Part shown: positions 38,842 through 52,229 of the stretch, in pieces | Layout of the letters: each line of letters starts with the position of its first letter | Numbering within the stretch: the stretch's first letter is position 1 | DNA from: Azolla caroliniana | Lineage: Eukaryota > Plantae > Polypodiophyta | Assembly (NCBI GenBank): GCA_043228905.1 | Contig: JBHGNT010000002.1 | Span: 26,102,001 to 26,166,000, forward strand | Length of the DNA stretch: 64,000 bases | Direction of reading: 5' to 3' | Position numbers and translations under genes: made by a program | The notes under the pieces: model-generated | Seen by the model: the letters and a program-made list of their open reading frames with translations, nothing else | Database searches by the model: none | Told to the model about the DNA's origin: nothing

Positions 38842-40047
38842 AACATCCACAAGATGAAATGCAATGGTTTCCACATCAAAAAGTTATAGAATAAGAATAA
38901 TTGTAGCGTACATATTCAAGATATATATGTATGTATGCAATCAAAATGCAACCAATATTTTGTAAATATTAGAGAAGAATCATGGTCAAATTGGTTTTAA
39001 TGGTTGATATTCACAATCAAATTGATCTTCAACTCTCCAAACGGTACATTACAATTAGTGATATACCAACCCTACTCCTTAATACTTACTTATATCATCT
39101 TTGACGTCAATTTCATTCAAATACCCATAAACTCTAAGCCTATATTAGTTAGACAAGTATATTAAAATGGAGCCTCGCACAAAAGTGGAACCTTTTTACA
39201 TAAGCAAACTACAACTAAACTTTGTCTCCTTCTATGCAAAGCCCTGAAAAGTTATTCATAAAGATTAAATTATAGAGATTTAAAACATAATCGTCAAAAC
39301 AAAGAAAATTTGAAAAGTTTTCAACATCTACTTGCGCTATTAAAAATGCGCAACTTATTTTATTTTATTTTGATCTTGCCTCGTTTTATGAAACCTCGTT
39401 TGACAGGTTATTGTAAGGATAGTTGTGCCCCCTATAAAGCTTATTCATAAAAAATAAAGGTTTTGGATATTTCTATAAATAAAACAATCGTTGGGATGCT
39501 TGCAAACGAAGTCTTCATACGTCATGATTGTTGCATACCTTACATTTGCAAATAAGAGCCAATGGCAGGAAGATATGCATGTGATGTTTTGTTTGTAATT
39601 GTAACTGACATTATATGCCATTGGGACGATGAACTTCTCATAAAAGCAAACAAGGGGTGTCAATATCCTGACATACACAAAGGATACATTCGATTTAGTG
39701 TGCACAAATATTCTTGTGTGATGCACTCATGTATCCGGAAGTTGTGCTTATTATATAATGTTCTAGCCTTTCTAACTTCAACAATATTTATACCTCATTG
39801 TTAATTTCCCTTTCTTGGCTCTAACGTTTCTGATACTCTAGAAAGGAGTAAGGAGACTCTTTATATTTTGTGAACGACCTTTTTTGTTTTTCTTTTGGCT
39901 AGTTTATAAGGGCTTTCAAACTAGGCTTTCCAAACCAACATCGTGTTGCTTTGAGAGACATTGCTCATAAATATATGAAGTTGTCTCTTTGTGGTGGTGG
40001 TGGTGGTGGTGGGGGCAATGATATAAATACGATCCATTACAACCATC

Positions 40048-40290
40048 ATGATGGCATCGTTTGACTTAGCTTCTCATTTTGAGCACCAGCCTTTGATACA
40101 AGGCTTTCTAATAACCACATGCGAAAATCGTTCTAACTAGTATTCACTAGAATACCCCTGCCTTTTTTTTGTAAATATTGATGGCACCATTTGATGTAGG
40201 TTCTCATATCGAGCACTGGCCTTGATACAAGACCTTCCAATAAGCACATGGAAAATTAGATCTAAGTGATATTCCCTAGCACCCCCTTAT
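40048..40290. repeat. Diverged tandem duplication, ~130 bp x2
   Basis: gatggca...tttga...ttctcat...gagcac...ttgatacaag...cacatg...tattc-ctag-a-cccct occurs twice. Confidence 0.7.
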
Positions 40291-42329
40291 ATTTGCAAAA
40301 TTCAAAAAATACCCCCCTCCCATTTTGGTAATTCTCAAATATTCTCTACAATTTCTTACTCTTGAAATTCTCAAAATGAATTATTCCCTGATAGAGAGAG
40401 AGAGAATTTGTGTCGTGACACTCATTTTGAAAATTGGTGGCATTTCAGAAAATTCGTGGAACATTAGGGATATCCCAGTAAATTTGATGTTTTTATACAT
40501 CTTTATCTGTTAATTATAGTCATTGAGCATTTACGTCGTGAATCCAACAACATCTAAATCAAGTAAGGGAACACAAAATCTCAAAGGTTTTTCGTCACTT
40601 CATTGCATCTAAACCATGCCAATTATAATGGTAGAATTAATTTTCATTATTGTTCTTCTATTGTGATTGATTACTTGGGTGGAACATATTTTACGATTCA
40701 CATTTTTTTACCACAATTACTGCATTAAAGTTCAATTTTGCAAGTGCAAATATGAGAGCTCCTCATTTATCATGGTTCAAATCTCTTTGATTTATTGTAG
40801 CATAACATAATTGGTTAACCTTAGTATATTGAACTAAAGCCCTCATACGTAAACAAAAATAATATCTTGATTCATTTGGACTACGATTTAAAGAATAATA
40901 GTTGCATCCCCGTGGGATTCATCCATATATTGTCATAGTTGTAAAGAAATGAACAACATTAATAGACTACAAGGTCAAAAGATGCTCCTAAGCTTCGAGT
41001 GATATAACTTTACAAACTGCCGAGAAGTCAAATTTGTCCAAAATGTCCCATTGATTTGTCTTTCATGCATCCGAGAGACTTTATAAATCATTTTTTTATA
41101 AAGAATGTGTGTGCAAGTTTAATCTGTAGCACTGAATAATATGCCGAATAGATATATCAATATATTTTCCAACAGAAAAATCCAAAGTAACTTGAAATAC
41201 AAACTAGCCATGGGAGTTAAAAAACTCAAAAGTGGTTGAAAAATCAGAGTTATAAAAGTCACAATTTCATTAAGGGCACGATCTATAAAATAAAATGACT
41301 TTCCAGGTATCTAAAACCGATGTTGTATTTAAATTTACTTATGGCATGATCTAGTATGCAAGATTCGTGTACGTACATTTGAGCTATGCAAGTAGCTAAT
41401 ATCGTCATATTATATACAATGTATCCGAAGGGGATATAGTTGTATGCCAATAGCGGGTGTTTAATAATACATCTTAGACTATGTAAGAATGTGCACGCTA
41501 TGTTTGTAAGTACATAGTCCCCAATTCTTGTGCTTAGGTGGTGACTATGTAAAAGTAATATGATAAGTGTCACAGGATAACTATGTCATTTGCCAAATAT
41601 GTCAAATAAAAAAACCCATGTCTCAAGAAAGTCCCACTAATTTGTTGGAGCTTGTGGGAAGCTACAGAATCATTTGCTATTTCGATTCATATTATAATAC
41701 ATTCGTGAAATTCCGAACAATTTCATTCATTGAGAAGTACATACTAATGTATGGCAAATATTGCAAAGCTTATAGGTTTGGATGTTCAAGCTAAGCTTGA
41801 GATTAAGAGGGAAGGTTTAGCACAACATTATACCTTGGGCTTCTACCTACAACAATGAGAAATTGATGTCATGATTTGATGAAAGGAAAAGTTTGTGAGC
41901 CTCCACAAAAAATTGCATCTATTTGTGTCCATCCTCCTTTGTGAAGTATGTGTCACTCTTGTTTCCAAACAGACTGCCTATGCAATGGTCATAGATGAGC
42001 GTCTAAAATACATGAAGCAATTTAATAAATTCGAGATGACAATGACAATTTTTAGCAATACCTCTAAACATTTATCAATGTGTACCAAAACCTATATAAA
42101 ACGTATTATTGAAGCGTGTCTTTTAATGAGACGATATTGAAGGATGCATGCTAACTTCAAAAGTAAGCCTCTTGCAACCATGCTCCAAGGGGAATGGTAA
42201 GACACGTTTCCAAGAAAATAATGTCATCCAAGACGTATACACATGTGTACCATAGTCATTACCATGTGAGATATTTATTAAATTCAAAGGTGCGAATTTC
42301 AATACAATAGTGAGAAAACATAAGGTTGG

Positions 42330-43010
42330 TCATCTCAAGGGAATATTACATGCAATAAATAGCTCCTCTTATATGGTTTGTGTATTCTATTTTCGAAAGT
42401 TCTCAAAAATAACCTTGTTGATCTATAAACAATACATAGTGGACTTCTGCTTTGACATCGTCCTTTTCCATAGAACGTCGTGTTTCCTTTTGCCCATGCC
42501 TTTCTTTCAAGAGGTACAATATAAATACTCGTATAATACGAGTCACAACTCACTTGATAAGGACCCAAGTGAACAATGTAATTTGTACTCTTATCCAATG
42601 CTCTTTCTCTCTCTCGACCTTGGTATGGATAGGATCATGAAGAATATTCACTAGTTTTTATTTTTGACTTGTAGTGTATATGGTAATTAACCATATTAAG
42701 CTTATAAACAAAGAGATTTGCCTTGGCTATGCCTTCATGTTTCATTCCCAATATTGAGGTCATGATTACAAGTGAAAGGAGAATGAATGCATGTTCTTCT
42801 TTGATTAGTTCAGCGATGATTATATGTATTTACACACTTCCGTGGTTTCCTTGCATGCATAATAACATGTTGGCTTGATGTGCGTACAATAGTATAGCAC
42901 TTTACTATTCTCAACCACCTCATTCCATTTTGTAGCAAGTCCATCTACAAGACATGGTTCACTCACACTGACTATATCATCAATGGGTAACTCAAATAGT
43001 GTGTGCACAT
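42330..43010 (-). mobile_element. Possible highly decayed Ty3/gypsy integrase remnant
   Basis: Weak motif echoes only: VDGLATKWNEV (cf. integrase DYxTKWVEA) upstream of HLGPYQV (GPY/F motif), in the expected order on the minus strand. Confidence 0.35.
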
Positions 43011-44937
43011 TCTAACCACTTGCATGTTTGTTTGCTCAGACAGAAGAGAGAATTTTATTGATAGGGAGAGTTTCAATGAAGTGGAACTCAAATATTTTTG
43101 AAATTTGTAGCAGTTGTTTGGAACCCACATTTTCTAGAGTTTCAAGAAATCCCCTAAAAATAACGCGAAAATTTAACTCAAATCTATTTATCCTTACATT
43201 CCGGCTTTATAAATCTTTCCGCACTTGGGCTTCGTAAAACAATAGATTGCCTCTTAGATCAGCTCCAAATTTTGTATCCGTACATTTAGGTTTTACATAA
43301 ATTTCCTAACTTGGACCTCATAAAAAAAGAGATTGCGTCCATATGAGTTACAATAAATAAGTTAATAGAATCTAATTGTGAATCTTAATGTTAACCGATC
43401 AAATTGTAGCAATGAAATCAATTCATTTGTTACACATGACACTAAAATATCATATTGAGATAGTGTCATGTGTTCAAAATTACGATAATGGTATTGATAT
43501 GAAAATAAAAAAGAGAATAATAAATTGTGTAAAATCAATTTGTACATGGCACGAGAACGCCTATTAAGGTTATCAACCCAAAGAAGCTAGAAAAGAAAAT
43601 CAAAAAGCTCACTTCCTTACACCCTTAGACTTCATTGTATTAATATGGAAAGATTGACACCACTTCCCATGTTATATGCCTTAAAGGGCCATCCCTAGTC
43701 CTTTGGCAAACGTATACAAGCCTTTTGAGTATGTGCACGAGAGGCTACCTCTTGTCTTGGCTATCAATTAATACAAAGAGAGAGTTGTGCTAGTGTATTG
43801 AAACCAATATTCCTTACAAAGAACTCTACCGAACCATGTATGTGGGGGCTTTTTAAGTGGCATACCATTTTATATGAGCATCTCCTTCACATGGTACCTT
43901 TGGGTGTATAATCATAACGAATTGTGACACCATCTTAAATCCCACAAGCTTCACTTTTTATAGATAATCTAGAACATTTTCAGTTTTAGCATAAATAGCA
44001 ATGATGAAACCCAATATTGAATAATTTACCCAAAAATATCACAAAAAAACCAAATAAGAGAAAAACCGTCACTATCTGGATGATCCCTAGTGATAATTCA
44101 CATGTGACATATTACCTCTTATTTGCAACTTTATTGATTGATAATGATTGGATAAAAGAGAATGAAAATGGAAAAGCTCTATTATTTCTTGAAGGATGGC
44201 TAGTAATTTTTAATAAAATTTATAGTAACTACTTTGTACTATGAAATATAGGCTTTAGAATAACTTAATATTATGAATGGATCGATACACACAGTGTAAT
44301 TTGAACAATAACTTAATAACTCAATAAGTTCTTTTTTAGTGTTGATCGATTTCCATGGGACCTCAACACACATATATAGCTACATAATTTATGTGTGTAC
44401 ATATAGACTTCCTTGTTAATATGCTATGAGTTCACATTTTATTCTTAGGAACGTGACTCTTACCCATTCCATGTGAAACCATACTAAATGGTAGAACTTT
44501 CGTTGGTCATACGATTGACCCCCAAATTTCCCTGACTTTAGTGGCATCTACATTAGTCACTCTAATAAGGAGATTTTCAATATCATGATCAGTCACAATA
44601 GATATCAACAAGTATTGCATATTAGGTAAAGAAAAGAGCACATAATCTACCATGGTTTGTATGACTTTCTATCATTGGCTAATAGTAAAATTGGTCACTC
44701 AAATGCCGAGATGTTGTTATAGTCCTCCTTTAGATAGAGTTCGAAATTGTCAACAATTAATGTATGTTTGGCTATTACACAATGACATGGTCACGAATAC
44801 TCACAATGATGCAATGTTAAATCAAACTTTTTTTTATGTCCATGATATTATAGCCTATCAATGATTATTTCGATCAAAAACAACAAAGTGCTTGTTGTAT
44901 AAGGGGCACACCCTTGCCATTCTTGTAATATCGATGC

Positions 44938-45172
44938 ATCCTTTCATTAGTTTTAAAAAACCTATCAAGTACAAACTACAAAAGAGATGAAAAAGAAGAG
45001 GAAAAAGGACTATCCCAATGACTAGCCATGGATCTTGCCGCCTACTTTCATCATACTAGAAAATGACATCATAATAATTAGACAACTTATACAAGCCTTC
45101 AAGGATAGAGTTGTATAGCATCCTCATTCTTATCCTACTCAATATATCCCAATAACATGGCAAGCAGTTGTA
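44938..45172. repeat. 235-bp dispersed copy of 22728-22962 flanked by a 14-bp direct repeat
   Basis: Ungapped near-identity to 22728-22962 with a few substitutions. ttgtaatatcgatg at 44923-44936 and 45168-45181. Confidence 0.92.
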
Positions 45173-46266
45173 ATATCGATGTATTGTTGGGGGTGGGCTT
45201 GTAAATAACAATATCGGTAATAAATCGATGAAATGGAATGAATACCTTTATTGATTGAGTGAAACATGTACAACATAGCTATTTCAAGTTGAGAGCCAAT
45301 TCAAGAAATTTAACATGAAAATTTTCTATCAATAGTAATTGCTAGACATTGGAGTGAAATCCATAAATTTTACCTTGAGATGTCCACACTATAACAAGTA
45401 AGCCAAATCTATGTTAATGAGATATTTGACAACAACTTATTCTAGTTTGATGCTCCTAAGAATACTTCACGCATCCTTATTTTGATACCATGAATCACAC
45501 TTAACCTTTGAGGGCCATTAGAAAGTTTAACTACAATTTACTAATCTATCTTTCAAAGTACATACTATTTATCTTTACGTCGGGCATAGTCAAGCTTATT
45601 AAAATGCTTCCACATTGTCACCTTCTTTAATATGGAATGCCTCATCCTCATATTCATTACAAGGGATACATTTATAAAAGACGTATTCCCATGTATAAGA
45701 CATATCTCAATGAAGTGGCACATGAGGGAAGATATGTAGTGCATGAATGTACATTATGTTCCTTGGGTAAAAGATGAAGTACATAAACTCCTCGACCAAA
45801 TTCATCAACGGTACGAGCTTTGGATGGGTTTGGTGGGTACAAACCAAACACATAAAGAGGCCATTGGTATTGGATAAGACAAAATTTGTCACTAACACTT
45901 TTCATGATGTTCAGCTTGAGGAGAGGATCATTTTTTAGTTGAGTTTGCAATTTTTGACAACACTAATGATCTCGTTAATCTCTTGAGTTTTTTTTGACTA
46001 GACAATGAAATACACCTTAATCAGTGCATATCCACGTCTTCACAATGAGTGAAGGAATGCTACTAGCCACATTAGCAACATATATGGCATAGCCATCATG
46101 TATCGGTGTTCACCTCTAAGAAATACAAGAATTTCTAATTGCATCCTGACTTCGAAATAAAACAATTATCTACCAACTTTGGCCAAATCATATTCAAGAA
46201 AATCCATATGCTCAAGCACAGATTTTCCTGAGGGCTATGGTGGGTGTTGAACTCCCAACCTATCAC

Positions 46267-49200
46267 TTAACTGAAATCTGTGGACATCTTCTCATCCAAA
46301 TTCAATGCACGTTCAAACACCGACTTTCCCAATTCAACATTTCCCAACTTCTTACAAGATTCTAATACACTATGCCACACCACAAAATTAGGAGGGAATG
46401 GCATCTTATCGATCGCGGTTAATGCTAAATCTAAACAGCCGACACGACCAAACATATCAATGATACAAGTGTGGTGCTTTAAAGTAGCACCAATGCCATG
46501 GTATGTGTACATGGCATGCATGTACATATGGCTCTTACTCATTAACCCTGATTGGCTGCATGCACTTAGAAGAACAGTGAATGTGACATCATCTGGCTTT
46601 ATGCCAACATCTAGCATCCCTTCCAAAGTGAGAGAAATGTTGTTACCATCACCAATCTGCGCATACCCTGATAAAAGTATGGTCCATGAGACAACATCTC
46701 GAATTACAAGCTTGTTGAATACTTGTTGAGCTTTGAAAACTGACCCACATTTACCATACATATCAACCAATGCATTACCGATAGGATGACAAAGACCCAA
46801 TAACATTCCTCGTTTTTCAATCTCACCATGTATTTCTTGACCTTTCTCCACTGCCCCTGTGTTAGCACATGCTTTCAGGCTGCAAAGAAATGAAACCTCA
46901 TTAGGAGAGATACCCTCTAGTTGCATCTTCTCGAGACATTCTATTGTTTCCTCATTATGCTCAAACCTAGAAAATGATGCCATGAGTGCATTCCATGAGA
47001 CCACGTTCCGAAATTGTAGCACATCAAACATTTCTTGTGCCTTCACAAGAAAGCCATATTTTGCATACATATCTATCAATGTGTTCCTGATAGAAATATC
47101 CCTTTCTAACAAATTGTGTTTGTTTATCTCAATATGTATGACTTGACCTTTCTCACTATAATTATCACATGCTTTCAAGCTGCAACGAAAGGTGGTCGCA
47201 TCAGGAGAGATACCATCCAATTTCATGAATTCATAAATTTTGATGGCCTCTTCAGAATTTCCATGCTCAGTGTATCCTGAAAGTAGAGTATTCCAAGAAA
47301 TTACATTTCTGGAACTAAGCTTATTGAAAATTTCTTGTGCTTTTACTGGCAATCCACATTTCATGTACATGCCAACAAGTGCAGTACCAACAATAACATT
47401 TGTTTCCAGCAAGCCTCCAGGGGTGATATTACTATGAATTTCTTGACCCTTTTCTGCAGCTTTGATATTGCCACATGCTTTTAAGATGGAAGATGATATG
47501 TAAGGGTTTGCTGAAATTCCCTGAAGTTGCATGTGTTCATAACATTTAAGTGCTCTATCGTCACACCCTTGCTTTGTATACCCAGCTATTATAGCTGTCC
47601 ATGCTGAAACGTCTTGGACTTCTATCTTGTCGAAAACTTCTTGTGCAGTTACAAGCAACCCACAACTGGCATACATATAAATCAAAGCAATATCAACTGC
47701 AAAATGTCCTTCACATATTCCTAGTCTTTTAATACATGCATCCATTTCATATCCTTTTTTTATATCTCCTAACTTTGCACATGCTTTCAAGCTGCATAGA
47801 AAAGTTCCGGGATCAGGATAAATTCCCTCAAGTTGCATCTTGTAGAAATTCTTTAGTGCTTCCTCGGCATTTCCATTCTCAATATATCCTGTCATCAAGG
47901 CATTCCATAACACTACCGTTCGGGTTGGCAGTGTGTTGAATGTTTCATGCGAATCTGAAAATGAACCACAATCCGCATACATGATGATTAAGGCACTGCC
48001 TAGAAACATGTCTCTTTCTAATAAACCCCGATTTTCTACCTTTGCATGCATACTTTGTGCCTTTTTAAGAGCCCCTATGCTGCCGCAAGCTTTTAGAATG
48101 GATACAATTGATGCTGAATTAGGTAGTATGCCCAAATCTTCCATCTTCTCAAAACATTGGATTGCCCTCCTTGGCTGCCCATGTTCAAGATATCCCGTAA
48201 TCAATGCATTCCAAGAGACAACATCTTTCACCTCGAGCTTGTCAAACACTTGTTCTGCCACGTCTAGCCAACCACATTTGGCATACATATCGACCAAAGT
48301 ATTTCCGACATCACCTTTCAACATGCCCTGTTTCTCAAGAGTAGCATGTATATCCATGATATTGCCTATGTTGCCAAAGGCAATTGAAGCTTTCAAGGTG
48401 CAGATGAAAGTAAATGCATCAGGAGAGATTCCCTCTACGTTCAGTTGCTCAACTAGCTCGAGTACCCGATTAGAATATCCGTGTTCAAGATATCCTGACA
48501 ATAATGTATTCCAGAGTGTCACATTTCGGCTATGAACCCTATCAAACACTTCATGTGCTTTGGCAAGCGAGGAACATTTGGCATACATGTCAACTAATGC
48601 ATTCCCAACAATATGATCTACTACAACTAATCCTTGTCTTTCAACTTCAGCATGAAGTTCTTGGCCTTTGACTTCATCTTGTATTTGGCCACAAACCTTT
48701 AAGCCACAAACGAGTGTAATACCAGTTGGTGATACACTTTGGAATTTCATCTTTTCAAGGCATTCAAGTGCTTCCTCAAAGTAGGAGTGTTCTGTGTATC
48801 CTGATATCATTGATGTCCATGCTACTATACCTTTAACTCTAATCTTATCGAAAACACATTGTGCTGATGCAAGCAACCCACATTTTCCATACGCATCAAC
48901 TAAGGCACTCTCTAGAAAATGGTTTCCTTGCAACAACCCTTGTTTCTCTATCTCAACATGTAGTTTTAGACTCTTTTCTGCATATTGATTTGAGCCACAA
49001 GATCCCAAGATTGAAAGAAATGTGAAAGCATCTGGTGGCACCCCCTGAACCTGCATTTCTTGAAAAATTTCCAGTGCTTCATTATCATGTCCATGTTCAG
49101 CATATCCTGCAATTAATACATTCCATGAAACTATATTTTGGATTGGAAGACTGTGAAAAACGTCACGAGCTTTAGAAAGCATGCCATATTTAGCATAAAA

Positions 49201-50796
49201 ATCAATTAAGGTGTTTCCTATAGCAAGGTCTTTCTCTAGAAGCCCCTCCATTGTAATCCTATCGCATATTTCTTCACCCTTAACTCTATTTCCAATGTTT
49301 CCACATGCTTTTAAGCTCAAAATGAATGTGACAGAAGTTGGTGATACTCCTTCAACTTCCATAAGCTCAAAATACTCTAGTGCCTCTTCTGCATGACCAT
49401 GTTCAACATATCCTCCTATAAGTGCAGTCCATGAAACTACATTTCTGGTTGGAATCTTATCAAATACTTGGTTTGCTGTATCAAGTGCACCACATTTGGT
49501 ATACATATCTATCAATCCATTGCCAAGAGCAATATCACCTTCTAGTAAGCCCTTCTTTGCAATATCACCATGCATTTCTTGACCTTTTTCAATCATTCTT
49601 ACACTAGCACAAGCTTTCAAGCCACATACAAATGTCGCAATGTTCGGGGAGATAGCTTGCAATTGCATTCGTTCATAACAAACTAGTGCTTGATCACTGA
49701 TACCATATTCAACATATCCGGAAATTAATGTGGTCCATGAAACCACATCTTGAATTGGAAGGCTATCAAACACCTGTTCTGCCATGATAAAGTCACCACA
49801 TCTAGCATAGATATACACCAAATTGCTTTGAAGGAAAATAGCTCTTTCTACCGACTCTTTTTCTTGTTTTGTTATCTCGCAATGTATTTGTTGTCCTTTA
49901 TGAATAGATCCTATGGCAATACAAGCTTTTAAGATACAAAGCAATGTCACATCATTTGGAGAAATACCCTCAACTCGCATTTGTTCAAAGCAATGAATTG
50001 CTCGATTTCCATATCCATGGTCGGCATATCCAGCGATAAGTACTGTCCACAAGACAATATCCCGACAAGGGAAGATATCAAACACCTTTTGTGCTTCTTT
50101 AAGCATACCAAATTTCGCATACATATTGACCAAAGTGCTACAAACATAGACATTCTCATTGATCAACCCTGTATATACCACATCCATGTGGATTTGGAAA
50201 CCTCTTTGAAGCTCTTTAATCTTTTCACAAGATTTAAGCAATGCCATATAGGTATATCCAGAGACACATAAAGAGTCATCATTTCTCATTCTCTCGTACA
50301 TGGAAAAACTCTCATGTGGCCTCTCGCATTCTATATAACCATTGATCAAGGAATTCCACGAAACATCATTCTTATATAGCAACTTATCAAAAACTTTCCT
50401 GGCCATTTGCACACATCCAGTTTCCACATACATTGACAGAACATAGTTCCCCAGTAATGTTTGAGAATCCACACCTATTTGGCATACAAAGGTATGTAAA
50501 TGGAACACAGTTTCTCTGTCTATTCTCTGTTTCTTACACTTATGAAGAAAGAATACAAAATTTTCAATGGAAAAGAGGGAGCAAAACCCATCATCCATAG
50601 TCTCTAAAGTAAGCATTTTCAAGTGATTTCTGAACGAATTTTGATCTGGTTGAACTTTCATGACATCCGATCGAAGGAAGGATCGCTAAAGTGAAGTGAT
50701 GAGAATACAGTAAAAAATGAAGAAGAAGAAGGATGGAAAGATCCATGGCGGAACTCCTACTGCTGCTAAATTCTCTGAGATGAATCGACGTGCCAT
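46267..50796 (-). CDS. PLS-class PPR protein (PPR gene 2), at least 1464 aa (1484 aa with proposed 5' exon), ends after E1, no DYW
   Basis: ORF 50661-46267 has 13 P-L-S triplets and ends HHTCIIDMFGRVG...VVWHSVLESCKKLGNVELGKSVFE. A proposed upstream exon 50796-50761 with a 75-nt GT-AG intron (50760-50686) extends the frame; the 5' exon is less certain than the main ORF. Confidence 0.9.
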
Positions 50797-52229
50797 TCTT
50801 CACGGTTATATAAATAGGATGGAAGACTTCTAAACAAAGACTATAAATGTAATTTTTAAAGAGAACAAGCACAGAAACACGAGTATACCTCTTAGCTTAG
50901 CTTACACACTCCTATGCAGAAATTTGAAAGTAAAGTTTGTATAACATTCTTGGTAGCTTTTGAAAACTTATGGGACATTCTCATTCATTCATAACAAATT
51001 AGGGCAAGAAGTTCTCTGTTTTTCCCAATAATATACATATCATAGGAATGGTTGGTAAGTGTGTTAGAGTTGCCATGGCTCGTATCGATCAACACCGATG
51101 AGGTTGCTTAGTGTGCAACGAGATGATGCTCTCGTGTATGTTGTGCTTAACTCGTTTGGATGCTTGGGCCAATAAGCGTGTCAATGCCTTGTGGAAATAC
51201 AGTTGATTGCTTGCAGGATGCTTGTTTGAGAGAGAGAGAGAGAGAGAGAGAAACCTCTTCTGGTCGTGTAAATAAGATGCTTCGGTACATGAGTAAATGT
51301 ATGTTGTCAGTAAGAACTTGTGATGGCATGATGGTAATGTAGGACGGTAGCTTGTTAGGATGTTTGGTTGTGTGTTAAAGTCATCAATAAATTATTGGCA
51401 TCCTAACAAGCTATGTCCTAATTTGTTGACCATAAAACAAACCCGATGAATCCTAATTTGTTGGAATGTTTGGTAATGTGTCATGTCACCATATATCATT
51501 TTTTAGGATAAAGACTAGTGGATTGCCTAGTAGATGTCCAATATATATGATGTTCAAGAGAATCTAGTTCTTCACCTCCCTTATGAAGAAGACAACATAA
51601 CATGGTGACATTGACAATTCAACATTGCACACCTCGGTCACTCTCCTAATTTTGAGACCTTATGTGGGTAGGTTCTCACAATACTAGAATGTAGTTGCAC
51701 CAAGGGGAATAAGAGCAAAGATAGCACATCTTTATGAGTTTAAGTGGAACTAGTTCTTCACTTGACAACTTCAAAAGGTATGATGCATTCACAATGACCT
51801 TCCTACACCAGTTTCAAATGAATAAGTCAAGCTCAACTATGAGATAAAATACATGGGTTGCAATAGGAAGACTTGTAGAGTACCCAAGTCTAATCATCAT
51901 TTATTACTACCCTTTTTTGCTACACTCACAAAAATAACATCCACCTAGTTCAAAAAACTTCCAAGGAAAAAGTCTAGGTACAATTTAGTTTTCATTAATT
52001 TCCCCAAATGCTCTTTAAGTTTTTGATACTTCCACAAATGGCTTACATTAAAGACAAAACTTAGGGAAGTATTATTAAGCTTAAGAGGATCCATCCCGTG
52101 ATATTGCCATTGGATGAAATATTTATAGTAGAATGGGATGGTATCCTTGATCAATTGCGAAAACAATTACCTATTTGTGCATATTTGGAGATATTCTCAT
52201 TGCATGTCGAGGGTCCACCAAACTTAGGA

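Noticed and set aside
45960-46266. DYW or E2 exon downstream of PPR gene 2 (also looked for after PPR gene 1)
   Set aside because: No PG-box, HSE, CxxCH or DYW-like terminus was seen in the adjacent sequence.
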